DNA of 64,000 nt from positions 124,001 to 188,000 of the forward strand of contig NW_005434671.1 of the NCBI RefSeq assembly GCF_000315625.1, given 5' to 3'. The stretch comes from Guillardia theta CCMP2712. Its lineage: Eukaryota; Protista; Cryptophyta. Below, one piece after another: positions 11,818 to 22,311 of the stretch. A program made the translations under genes and the position numbers. The notes under the pieces were generated by a model. The model was not told the origin of the DNA. It did no database searches and was given only the letters and a program-made list of their open reading frames with translations. Positions within the stretch are counted from its first letter, which is position 1, and each line of letters opens with the position of its first letter.

Positions 11818-12760
11818 GGGAGAAGTGGAATACTTCTTAGGGGTAGAGATCAAACGAGATCTTGAAACAGGAAGCATCACACTCTCTCAAGAAAAATTCA
11901 TCAACGAAATATTGACAGAATTCGAGATAGATGAGAAAATGAAAGCCTGGACTCCTGGAACTACAACCAAACAAAAACTTAGTGATGATGGAGATTACCT
12001 TCACAAAGGAGACCAGACGAGATATCAACAACTGATAGGCAAACTCAATTATCTCTCGGTGTTTACAAGACCTGACTTGGCCTACACAATCTCAAGACTC
12101 TCACAACATCTGAGAGCACCCACTGTAACAAATTGGAAGGAAGCTATGAGAGTTCTTCATTATCTAAATCAGACAAAAAATATGGGAATAATTTTCAAAC
12201 GGGCCGGAAGTCTACACTCACCATGTCCTGGATTAATTGCATACAGCGATAGCGATTTTGGAGGAGACTCCTCAGATCGTCGCTCAACCATTGGCTTACT
12301 TCTGCAATACAATGGTGCCCCGATAGTCTGGAAGGCTAAGAAACTCAAACTTGTCACCCTTAGTACAGCCGAATCAGAGTATTGTGCAGGCGCAAAGGCT
12401 GGAGTAGAAATCATCTACATACGACAAATATTAGAGGACCTGGGTCTAGAGTGTATCAATCCAACTCCATTGTACATTGACAATCAGGCTGCAATCTGCA
12501 TTGCAAAGAATCCAGGAAAAAAGAGTTTGGCTAAACACATTGACATCAAGAGGTTTTTCCTAAGACAACTTGTGGAAGAGAATACCGTTAACGTACAATA
12601 TGTACAGACCTCGAAGATGTTGGCTGACCTCATGACAAAATCACTTGGACGCTATCAACACATGAATCTGACTAAGCAGGTATTGGGCCAATTTGAGTCT
12701 TTCCAACATCCATCCCTTGATCCAATCTCAGAACTAAAACCTACAGACTCACCTGACTAG
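11801..12760 (+). CDS. Copia pol C-terminal part (RT thumb and RNase H), separated by a +1 frameshift
   Basis: FPITDKGEVEYFLGVEI, TRPDL, YSDSDF, STAESEY, IDNQAA, KHIDIK, ADLMTK motifs. Confidence 0.93.
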   Translation, partial: FPITDKGEVEYFLGVEIKRDLETGSITLSQEKFINEILTEFEIDEKMKAWTPGTTTKQKLSDDGDYLHKGDQTRYQQLIGKLNYLSVFTRPDLAYTISRLSQHLRAPTVTNWKEAMRVLHYLNQTKNMGIIFKRAGSLHSPCPGLIAYSDSDFGGDSSDRRSTIGLLLQYNGAPIVWKAKKLKLVTLSTAESEYCAGAKAGVEIIYIRQILEDLGLECINPTPLYIDNQAAICIAKNPGKKSLAKHIDIKRFFLRQLVEENTVNVQYVQTSKMLADLMTKSLGRYQHMNLTKQVLGQFESFQHPSLDPISELKPTDSPD

Positions 12761-12782
12761 GGACTCTACCATGTCTGGTCTC

Positions 12783-12789
12783 AGGGGGG
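12783..12789 (+). promoter_or_regulatory. Polypurine tract
   Basis: AGGGGGG immediately 5' of the 3' LTR. Confidence 0.8.
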
Positions 12790-13184
12790 CGACGGATCAC
12801 ATGGATCTTATATAGAGCCCAGACTTGCCGAGCCCAAAAACTGAGAAATTGTAACTGTTCTGGAACGGTACGGTTCTCCATTCCGACTATTCGATGGAAT
12901 GACCAGAGGAAGCATCCTCGGGGCGGACAATACCCCTGGTTATCTGTATATAAGCATGGGGTCTTGTCTTCCTCTCTCTCTGTCTCTTTCCCTCTCTTCT
13001 CCCTCTTTCTTTCTCCTCATTCTCTCTCTCTTCTCTTTTCCTTTCTCACTATCTCTTAATCTTTTTCTTTCTCCTATCCTTTCAGTCTCTGTTGTCTTCC
13101 TATCCTTGCTCTACTTATAAATACTCTTATCTCTGAAGTCAATTACCTATCTGCTCTAACTTCGCTACTGCATACAATCCATCA
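12790..13184 (+). repeat. 3' LTR (CG...CA)
   Basis: Copy of 6806-7200 at offset 5984, followed by TSD GTCTC. Confidence 0.95.
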
Positions 13185-14092
13185 GTCTCAGTCTTACTCC
13201 CTGAGGCTCCGGCGGTCGAAGTGCACTGTGAGACACTGTCATCTTGCGAGGCCGAGCCGCGCCCGCTGAGGTTCTCGTCCGATCACTGGCCCTTCGACGG
13301 TGAGCCGAGGGCTGCTCTGTGAGGCTTTCAGTGTGACTCAAAGTTAAGTTAAAAATCAGTACGAAGTAGTGCCACGGTGATTTGAGTACTACTGTGGGAC
13401 CGTGTAAAAAATTGCGACTAATAAAAATAGAACGGCCGCTCAACGGTTCTTGTAGACTCTCTGAGGCAGGGCTCTAAAGAGTTCGGCATTACTACAGGCC
13501 GAGTAAACAACTGTGCCAGGCGGACCCTGCTCAGTGCATGGAGGGAAATGGGCAGTGGGGGTGGGGGTGGGGTGAGGGGTCCGTTGGGCTTCTCGGAGGT
13601 GCCGACGGTGTGGCCCCCGGCAGGGGTAGGGTGGTTAATGTATGGAACTTGGGGTCCACTGTGCTTCTAACCTGGGGGTACTCCGTCAGTATGGCGAGGT
13701 CGGTGGCGTCCCCTTGCAGTTGAAGGGGAAGAGAAGAGAGGGTGAGAAGGGAGGTGAGAGAAGAGGGAGGAAAGGAGAGACAGAACACGATTGCATGGAT
13801 CGCTGACATTGGTTCCCTGTGCTGCATACGGCGACGCGTTCAAAGGGTACAAGAATGAAACCTGAAAAGGTCAACTGCCCAGTATTCCATCCAATGTCTC
13901 TTGGGATAAACAGCCTGTGAGAACAACGAAATGAGCTGGAGTGAATGGTGACACGATCGAACTCTGAGGAGATCAATATTGGATTGGACGCACTTTCAAA
14001 GCCAGAATGAAATCAACGCTCATATGATCAAGTTGTTTCGAGTTCGTGCATCAGTGTTGTAATCCAGGGATAATCAGGGTCATCTCATCAAC

Positions 14093-16924
14093 ATGTCTTT
14101 GTCATTACATTCGTTCGCATCGGTTTCTCATCTTTTAGAGCAGCAGTCAGAGAGTGCTAGTGACAACTTCCTTCAAGTCTGGAGGAATTGTGTGAAGACT
14201 GGAGCAACCAACGCCAGAAATCCAAGTTGTCTGTCCTTGCTGTCCGAATCCGAAGCTGAGACGTTGTCTCATCTCGGAAGGCCTCTCACATATCAACGAG
14301 GACATGTGCTCTTCCGACATGATCAAGATAGCACGTACATCGGTGTCGTCATTGCAGGCAGATTTCGGGTGTCTCATACACAACCGCAACTCAGGAATGT
14401 TGTTCCTGATTTTCTAGAAATGGGAGACACGGTGGGAGAGTATACATTTGCACTTGATGGACAGATTGCTGGTGGAAAGCGAGAAGCGACTGTTGTCGCA
14501 GAGGTCGACGAGAGCTGCGTCTTTGCCATCGACTACAAGAAGTTTGCCACGTACATCGATGATTTGCCTCGCCCAAGGAACGAATCCTTACGAGCCGAGA
14601 TTGCGCTTTTGCTCATCCCGCATCTCTACCCCGAAATGAAGAGACAGCACTTTCGGAGGACGAGGTCTTCTGTCTCTGACATCTCCTCGTCGCTGGTGTC
14701 TACCCCTGGGCGATCCGGAAACAGGTCAAGAGTTTCTCCCGTCACGATCTTGAACTTAGACTCGGTAGCGGAGTGCTCCTGGATAGGCAAGAGGAAGCAC
14801 CAGGAAGCTTCTGTGGCAGCCAATGCCCTGCTGGCGAATGATGTTCAAGTTCCACAGGTGGCGTTCTTCAACAACGGAGAGATCTCGTCGTGGTATTTTG
14901 GAAACTTCAACTCGTTGATGAGGAGGAGCAGAGAAAGAATGGCCTCATGGCAGCTCCTGGAAGAGCTCACCAAGAAGTCAACTACTTCAGACAGGAGAGA
15001 TGGGGCCATTGCCCTCCTCGTCTGCTGCAAGAATGGAAAGGACCCGTGCACTGAATCAGTCCAATGTCGATTTCTTGACAAGAAACGATTGGAGATGATT
15101 CTTTCCGGCGCAAAGTCAAACCAGTTCACTGGATACATTGTGAAATTTCAGAGGGAAAATCACTCATCACATCGCGAGTATATCTTGCAATGTCTTTGGA
15201 GTCAACATTCGTTCTCAGTAGAATGGGTCAAAGAATCTGACCTCGAATGTTTCACTCAGGTTCATATTCCTTCCCATTTCAATCGAAGCAGCTCCAAACG
15301 ATTACAAAGCAAGATGAGAATCAAATATCACAAGTTTATTCCAGGTTCCCTGTCATTGTTCGGCGATCATCTGATCACTGCAAACAAATTCAAGACTTCT
15401 GCGACAGACACCAGCTCTCAAAAACAAGAACCTCCGCCGTTAGAGGAAGAGGATGTCGTTGTGGACAGTGAGATCATTGATCTCAAGACTAGAGAGCTCT
15501 TGAAGTCTGCTTGTCAAAAAATTGCTGCCACTGTGATGGAGAACGCGAATGAAAGCTCTACAGCGAGAGCGAAGGCTGAATTGGATGCGAATCAATACGG
15601 ACGAAATCAAGTTTCCGACTTCATTTCTCTCGAAACTATGACATGTTTCTTCAAAATATCCAAGATGGGAAAACCTGTTCTTCTACATTGCAGTGCTGCC
15701 ATGAGCCACCCTGAGACTACAACGGCCATTCCTGAAAGTGCAAAGAATGAGCTGATGGATCCGAAGTTTGAAACTTTCCGCTACTTTGCTGCTCTGGGAT
15801 CTGATCAAGTGAGATTAAGCGGCATGGGCGAGAGGGCATTCCTACTTGACTTTACAGAGTTTCTTGCTCTCTTGACTCAGATCGGTTTGCTCTATCGATA
15901 CACATCAGTCACAGATGCTTCTTCCAGCTTCAAACAGGTCTGCATGACGTCAAGTGTCGAAGATGGTCAACTAGACTACGCCAAGTACTGTGCCTGCATG
16001 CGTATTCTGTCTTCAAAGCTCCGGCTGGACAAGGACGAAGCGCAAGAGGTTGCGAGGGATGACCGGTCAGAAAGAAATGTGGCGAGAATGTCTAGCGAAG
16101 TGTCGAACATCTCTTCCATCAAGGAGGAGAGCTCGTTCAAGGAAGAGGGTCAAGAGCTTCAGGTAGGACTCCAGCAGGTTAAAAAGAGTCAAAAGGTTCA
16201 TCGCAAGAGAATGGGCAGGATTCTCGCGTCGGCCATCATTGCGGCCAACGAGACCGAGGAGTTCGAGAAGCGGGTGGCAGATCGGGAGGAGAAGTATCAG
16301 ATGCGGATCGCAGAGTACAGGAAGAAGATACAGCAGAAAGCTGCTGCAGACAGGAAAGCTGTGGAGCAAAAGTTGGAGCGGGCCCAGCATAAGGCAGAGG
16401 AGAAGCACAGGATGGCTGAAATGAAGGCCAATGAAACTTGGGAGAGAGTACACGAGAAGTGAGCACAGTTTGTTCCGATGATATTCAAACACTGATGAGC
16501 ACGATGTGGTTTACAGGTCGAGGAAGGTTCTCGAAGCCAGGATGAATGAAGCACGGAAGAGACAACAGGAATCGGAGATGCGACGAGCAGCAAGTCGCAG
16601 GAAACTCCTTCAACTGAGGCAAATGGCTGAGCGAAGACGAGATGAGATCAGCAAGAAGTCAGAGTTGCTGGAAAGTCACAGGGAAGAAGTGTTTCACAGA
16701 CAGAAGATTGCGAAAGAAAGAAGAGAGAGCTCTTCTTCATGGTTGAGAAGGAGAAAGACATCATGACCGACCTATTCCAAGAGTTTCCCAAGAACAGGCA
16801 CCCGAGCAGACCATGGAGACTGATTGATCTGAGTGGAGACGCATTGCCGGATGTGTTTGAGATAGCAAAGAACAGCACCAAAGATGTTGTGCAGACAGAT
16901 AATTTCTTGTTCTCTCCTGCATAA
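14093..16924 (+). CDS. Cyclic-nucleotide-binding-domain protein with p25-alpha/EF-like segment and C-terminal coiled coil
   Basis: YQRGHVLFRHDQ...VVIAGRFRV...GDTVGEY...KREATVVA matches a CNB domain; 789-aa ORF plus short 3' exons. Confidence 0.7.
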
Positions 16925-17023
16925 CATGCTTACTTGGCTCAACTGTACAAATCTCCAGAACAACCGTAAACTGTAAAATGTACGATGGTTTAGAACTTTG
17001 TTGAATTATGAAGGGCAGGAATA

Positions 17024-18027
17024 TCACAGTTCCGTGCAAGCTTTCCAAATTTCCACGATACCATCTTTGACTTTCTTCCAAGCCAGATGCCCGCGCGATA
17101 AAATGTCGTAGTGATCTGCTTCCGGAATCTTTACGATCTGCAGCAGCAAGTCCGAGTCTTGCTTTTCCTTTGCTGCTTTCTGGTAGTACTTCTCTATCAT
17201 GTCTGCAGGAACATCCCTGTCCTCTGAACCAACGACCAGCAGAATGTTTCGCCTTGCTGGAAGCAGGCGGATAGGAGAAGCCTTGCTATACTCCCTCAAC
17301 CCTTCTGCTGTGTCTGGCGTGCACTTCATGTACAACTCGATCGCATCTCCCTCGTCGCTCAGACGTCTCCTGTACCCATCCTCCAGATCCGTCACTGGTG
17401 CGACTGCTACGATCAGCCTGACGTTGACTCGTAGCTCCTGCTCTCCCAGCCACAGGACAAGAGCTCCTCCCGCTGAGTGCCCGACCAGCATCACCCTGTC
17501 GAGGTCCAGGTGCAGCGCCTTCCTCCCACACGGGCGTCAGCTGCATCATCCACACATCTCAGAGGCGCTCACGTGCTCTTGGCAGACGTGTGGAAGGGCA
17601 TTCAACGCTTCCACCCCGTCTAGATTGGTTCCTGGCCATCCTGGGAGGATATCAGTCGTCTCGCCCTCGTCTTCCTCGTCTCCAAGACGCGTTCGTTCAC
17701 CTCCTCCTTCATCGTCGCGTCTCCTATACTCCACCTCTGCCACAGCAAAGCCTAAGTCGCAGAGATCAACAACAATGCTGGTAATGGGCGTGTTGTCGAT
17801 TGTCCTGAAATCCGAGGTAAGTGGGCAGGGGATAGAGTAGTTCTTGCAAACCATTTCTGCTTCCAGAATCCTCCGTGAAACAAAACCGCGACTGGAATTA
17901 TTTCCTTTGCCAGCGATTAGCAATCAGACGAAGAGCTCGAGCAGCTCCATACCGACCCTCGCGGTTCTGGGCAAGTGATTCTCAAGTATTGGCAAGGGTG
18001 AGAGCCATAGCAATGAGTGCAGCTCAT
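17024..18027 (-). CDS. Alpha/beta hydrolase (HSL / kynurenine-formamidase-like esterase)
   Basis: Exons read YGSHPCQY, VLFHGGFW, GHSAGG nucleophile elbow, GSEDRDV acid and ADHY His. Confidence 0.85.
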
Positions 18028-18557
18028 CTACAGAAGCCAGTCATGACAGCATCAAGTCGGATAAGGATATGAGAGCAAGAAGCTGCGATGACAGCATGAA
18101 GCGAATCAAGCTACATGCACAGCATCAAGTGCGAGATAACGGCATGCCATGTTCTCTCATCCGACCCTCCCTCCACAATTCCGATACACTAGCATCGCTC
18201 TAGTGCTACCTTGACCGCCGGGCCGGGAGTCCCGGCGGCCCGGCCCGGCACTTCGGATGATCGGCACTCAGTGACTCCGGATCGGAGGCCCGGCCGCACA
18301 GATCCCGGCCTGTCAGGCCGCAGCTCAGCCAGTGAGTCTCGCGGCCATGCAGGGCCAATGGTTTCCGACATTCAGTACCCACCGTTTATCCAACTTGCGG
18401 TCCCCGGCGTACTCAGGCGTGACTCTTTATCATCCGGCGGCGAAAGAAGTTCAAGTTGTTAAAAAACGACTCTCGTTAGTCTTTTCTCTATTCACGCCTA
18501 TGTACAACTGAAGGTTTTTGGGAAGCTGAACGCCCAGAACTGACCGCAGCTCTAAGG

Positions 18558-19946
18558 TCACAGCTCCTCTGACTCTTCCTTGAGCATATCATCCCCCCGT
18601 ATTAAGTGCTTGATATCCTCGGCCTGCATTTGAGAGCCTTGCCTGAGATCTTCTTCTTCTTCTTCTTCTCCTTCTTCTTCTTCTTCTTTCGGAACAGGAG
18701 ACTCCCTGAACAGCTCGTGCTCCTCATCCTCATCATCGCTCTTGTAACCTTGCGGAAATTCCGAACCTTGGTCCTCATCGTCCATTTCTTCATCCTGTGA
18801 AAAGGAGGGCGCGCTGACAATTTCGTCCATGTATCGCTGCTCTTCAGGGTCCAGGCTGCTGTTTGTGGTGTACACATCGCTGCTGCTTTCGACGATCAAG
18901 TTGTGGATGGGCTCTTGTTTGGTTTTGACCTCAGTTGATGAGGATTTTGAGGAACTGGAGGATGTGGAACCAGTAGAGGAGCCAACTGAATCATCTAGAG
19001 AGTACTCTTCTAAGGAGCTTGACGATGTATCTCGATCTGCAGTGTCTTCGTTCACGATCTCGTCATCGTTGGTCTGGTGAAGCGGTGGAATCGTGAAACC
19101 ATCGCCAGAATTAAGACCTGCTGCGATCTTCTCTTGCAGTATAACCTCCTCCTGTTGCCTGGCCAGGAACGACTTGTATCGTTCCATATCGTATCCTTCA
19201 GCAATCAACTGTTCCTTCACACTGGAAGCGAATCATACATAATGTAGAGATCTCAAAGTTAGTTGGATACCTTTCAACAACATGCTCATATCCATCGAGA
19301 TAATCTGGAGCGTGTACCTGGACCCACCAGTGATATGGATCAAGCAGTCGGGCCTTTGCTGCGTACTTGGCTGCTTCTTCTGGTTTATTTCTGTCAAGCT
19401 CCAATGTCACATCAGGTAACATACACAAGCACTAGCACCTGTGTTTCAGAAGAATTTGTGCATAGCTGGCCAAAAACTGCGAGAAGATCAGGTGTGAAAG
19501 AGAAACCAAGACATAAATACTTACGCAGACATTGAATGGGTCATTCTTAATGTCTTCGATCAATCTAGCAAGCAAGTAAGGAGCCCGGCGGACGTGAGGT
19601 GGTGAAATCACAACCCTTGCTCGATCTCATCGAGACCGCAAGGCGGGCCCTCCAAGATCTTCTTGATTGTGTATGGATCATCGGGATTCTCTTCCGAGCT
19701 CTATACCAACAGCCGTCAGCATTCGCTGCAGGCATTTGAAAGTCCTACATGGAAATCCGACTCCTGATCCTGCTCTCCCAGTAGCCTGAAGCAGCTGTCT
19801 TTCTGCAGCTTGCTTGATTCCATGCCGCCTCTGAGTCTGAGGACATGACTGCGCGTGAGACCAGCCTTCCCTCTTCGCTCCATGGCGTGATCCTCTGACG
19901 CCGCCATCAGCAATAACCATGCGCCTGCTGCCATTGCGAGTCGCAT
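18558..19946 (-). CDS. Hypothetical signal-peptide protein with LRLRGG motif, TPR-like segment and acidic tail
   Basis: MRLAMAAGAWLLLMAAS...LRLRGG; EEAAKYAAKARLLDP; D/E/S-rich last exon; collinear minus-strand ORFs. Confidence 0.55.
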
Positions 19947-20223
19947 TTCGCCCTCATCCCCGCTCATGATTGGAAATTCCAAGTCATGCACAAGTCATGC
20001 AGAGGTCATGCCTGAAGGTATGCAAGCCTATGCCGACCTGCATGCAGATGCCGTGCTGACGCCATGTCATACGCCATGCACCACGGGAACATGCTTGGCC
20101 ATGATACGTAGGAGGATGCACGTGTAGGAGGATCACGAAGAAGGAGAGTGGAGGAGGTCAAGGAGGGGAGGGGAGAGCATTGCCCTTGGATGAGAAAGAG
20201 CCCTCACAAGAACCTCAGCAAAG

Positions 20224-22146
20224 ATGGGCAGGTTGATGCGGAGCGACAGGCTTGTCCTGGCTCTCCTTGGACTCGCACTCTGCTTCGGAGCTGAATATGA
20301 TCGAGATGATAACGGTTCAAGGGTGGAGAAGTCCCGGCAGGACGAAGCTGACCAGGAGCCAGAATGCATGTTCATGCTCTTGAGCCCTGAGCTGGATGTT
20401 GTGTACGAGGGGAGGATCCCCTCCTTCGAGATACAGGTTTCTCCGGCTTGTCCTTGCCCGAGCAACGGAGAGCATGAGATTGCGATATGGATTTCTCGTG
20501 AATCCAACAAGAGGCACCTCAACGTTGTGACAAACATGTCGTGCACTTTTCTTCAAGAAGATTTTGGATTGATTGATCTCATCGACATCAAGGATGGTCA
20601 CTGGGAGGGAGGAGTCACCTTCAACACTCTCTGGGGCATGCATCAGCCTGTTAGGTTTGATTTTGTTTCACCTTTCAACCCACAGATCGATGTCTTGCTA
20701 CCAACACCAGGATACGTTTATGGCGCAGGTGTAGACCCAGTGATAGTGCTGCACATTCACGATATCACGGATCCGCACGAGCCGCTCCTTGGAATCCTCG
20801 TTAGGATCACCGTCAACGGGGTGGAAGGAGCCATCACTCGCAACCCTGGGAGAGACAAGTATATCCATCTGCGAGAAAGCGCAGAAGGCGAATACTTCCC
20901 GGATGGCCGGTATGACATCCAGCTACAGGTGTTGGACCTCTTGTACAGACCACGAGGGGAACCTGTGTCTCTGGATGTTGTGATCGATAGGAGTAAGCCG
21001 CCGGCAAGCAAGTCCGACAGAGTTCTTCATGACTGTCCGGCACCTGCAGACATCTCCAGATGTCCCAACTGCTCTTCTCACGGAACTTGCAGAGGCGACA
21101 TCGTCTGCGAATGCGATGCTGACTGGATCGGAGACACTTGCCAGCACCACATGCTCACCCACACGCATTTCTTGCCCGATCTTGACAAGGAAGATACTGC
21201 CACGAGGTGCCATAGAAGGTCGAGATGGGTCAATTCAACCCGACGAATCGCTGCTGCGATCCAACAGCAACAGAATCCCCCATCTTGCTCCGACGAGCAT
21301 GTGCAGTATCTTACGGACATGAACCGACATCCTCTTGCTGTTGGTCACGGACTTCGATGGGAGGCATTGATGTTGGGTGAGAGCCTCAAGAACAAATCCA
21401 TCTACCTGCCTGGGCCAACATGGTCTCTTTTCAGCTACCACAAGTGTGCTGGCCTCGGCCTCTGGTGCCACCTGGAACACCCGACGACGTGCAAGGCCGC
21501 AAACATGTCAAGTGTGCGCGAGATCGCCAGTCAAGTGCTGGTGACTCATGTGACTCGCCGGTGGGACTTTGCTGAAGGGTTTCATGATGTCGGAATGTTC
21601 AACTGGTTTTCCACGCTCATGGGCTTGACAGTAAGGCCCAGGTCTCTGCTGCACTCCGAGCTCAACCACATGAAGAATGTCATCGGATTCAAACATCCCA
21701 TCATCGGGGTGCACATCAGGTATGGAGATGGATGCCTGCCCAATCAGTTGCATCGGCCGCCGTGTGAGCCTGTAGAAACCTATGTCGAAGAGATCATGCG
21801 GATGGTCATGAAGTATGAAGTCTCCACAGTCTTCCTGGCCACCGACAGTGCGCAGGCTCTGGAGCAACTGAAGAGCAATTTCGACTTCGAGACGCTGCAT
21901 GCCCCTGTAGATCGGAGCCTCTTCGACTCAAGGTGGTGGATAGATCACAGAGCAGCGTTCGGAGTTGTTGACCCGATGCAAGTCGGGGAGAGTGCGCTCA
22001 TGGACTTGCTGCTGCTGTCAGAGTGCGATTATTTCATCGGCACCTTCTCATCACATTTCAGTCTGGCAGCGTTTGAACTATCAACATTTAAAAAGGGATA
22101 CGTTCCTCCATATGTGAGTTATATTTGCATCTTATCGAGCGCTTGA
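20224..22146 (+). CDS. GT23 (FUT8/NodZ-like) alpha-1,6-fucosyltransferase with EGF-like domain
   Basis: Signal peptide; CSSHGTC...CECDADWIGDTC EGF; IIGVHIRYGD, VFLATD and DLLLLSECDYFIGTFSS motifs. Confidence 0.85.
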   Translation: MGRLMRSDRLVLALLGLALCFGAEYDRDDNGSRVEKSRQDEADQEPECMFMLLSPELDVVYEGRIPSFEIQVSPACPCPSNGEHEIAIWISRESNKRHLNVVTNMSCTFLQEDFGLIDLIDIKDGHWEGGVTFNTLWGMHQPVRFDFVSPFNPQIDVLLPTPGYVYGAGVDPVIVLHIHDITDPHEPLLGILVRITVNGVEGAITRNPGRDKYIHLRESAEGEYFPDGRYDIQLQVLDLLYRPRGEPVSLDVVIDRSKPPASKSDRVLHDCPAPADISRCPNCSSHGTCRGDIVCECDADWIGDTCQHHMLTHTHFLPDLDKEDTATRCHRRSRWVNSTRRIAAAIQQQQNPPSCSDEHVQYLTDMNRHPLAVGHGLRWEALMLGESLKNKSIYLPGPTWSLFSYHKCAGLGLWCHLEHPTTCKAANMSSVREIASQVLVTHVTRRWDFAEGFHDVGMFNWFSTLMGLTVRPRSLLHSELNHMKNVIGFKHPIIGVHIRYGDGCLPNQLHRPPCEPVETYVEEIMRMVMKYEVSTVFLATDSAQALEQLKSNFDFETLHAPVDRSLFDSRWWIDHRAAFGVVDPMQVGESALMDLLLLSECDYFIGTFSSHFSLAAFELSTFKKGYVPPYVSYICILSSA

Positions 22147-22311
22147 TAACCGCTGTACCTTTACAGATTTCTGTCGATTGCCCATGGAAACCCGTGCGAG
22201 CTTTCTCACATCTGCATCCCCTCCCAAATTGTCAGCACAAAGTCACAAAGATCAGTTGAAGCACAAACACTCTTAGTGTAGATAATCGTAGACGCACACG
22301 TAGAATAGATC

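Larger units (their letters stand above)
6806..13184 (+). mobile_element. Full-length Ty1/copia LTR retrotransposon
   Basis: Two 395-bp direct repeats, outer ends TG...CA, TSD GTCTC at 6801-6805 and 13185-13189, PBS-like GGTTATGA at 7200, PPT AGGGGGG at 12783-12789, domain order gag-PR-IN-RT-RH. Confidence 0.97.

Noticed and set aside
12778-12782. GTCTC (same as the TSD) just before the PPT
   Set aside because: A 5-mer not abutting the LTR; expected by chance.
22178-22191. X-box-like TTGCCCATGGAAAC near IFT56
   Set aside because: Lies at the 3' ends of convergent genes, probably in the last fucosyltransferase exon, not in a promoter.
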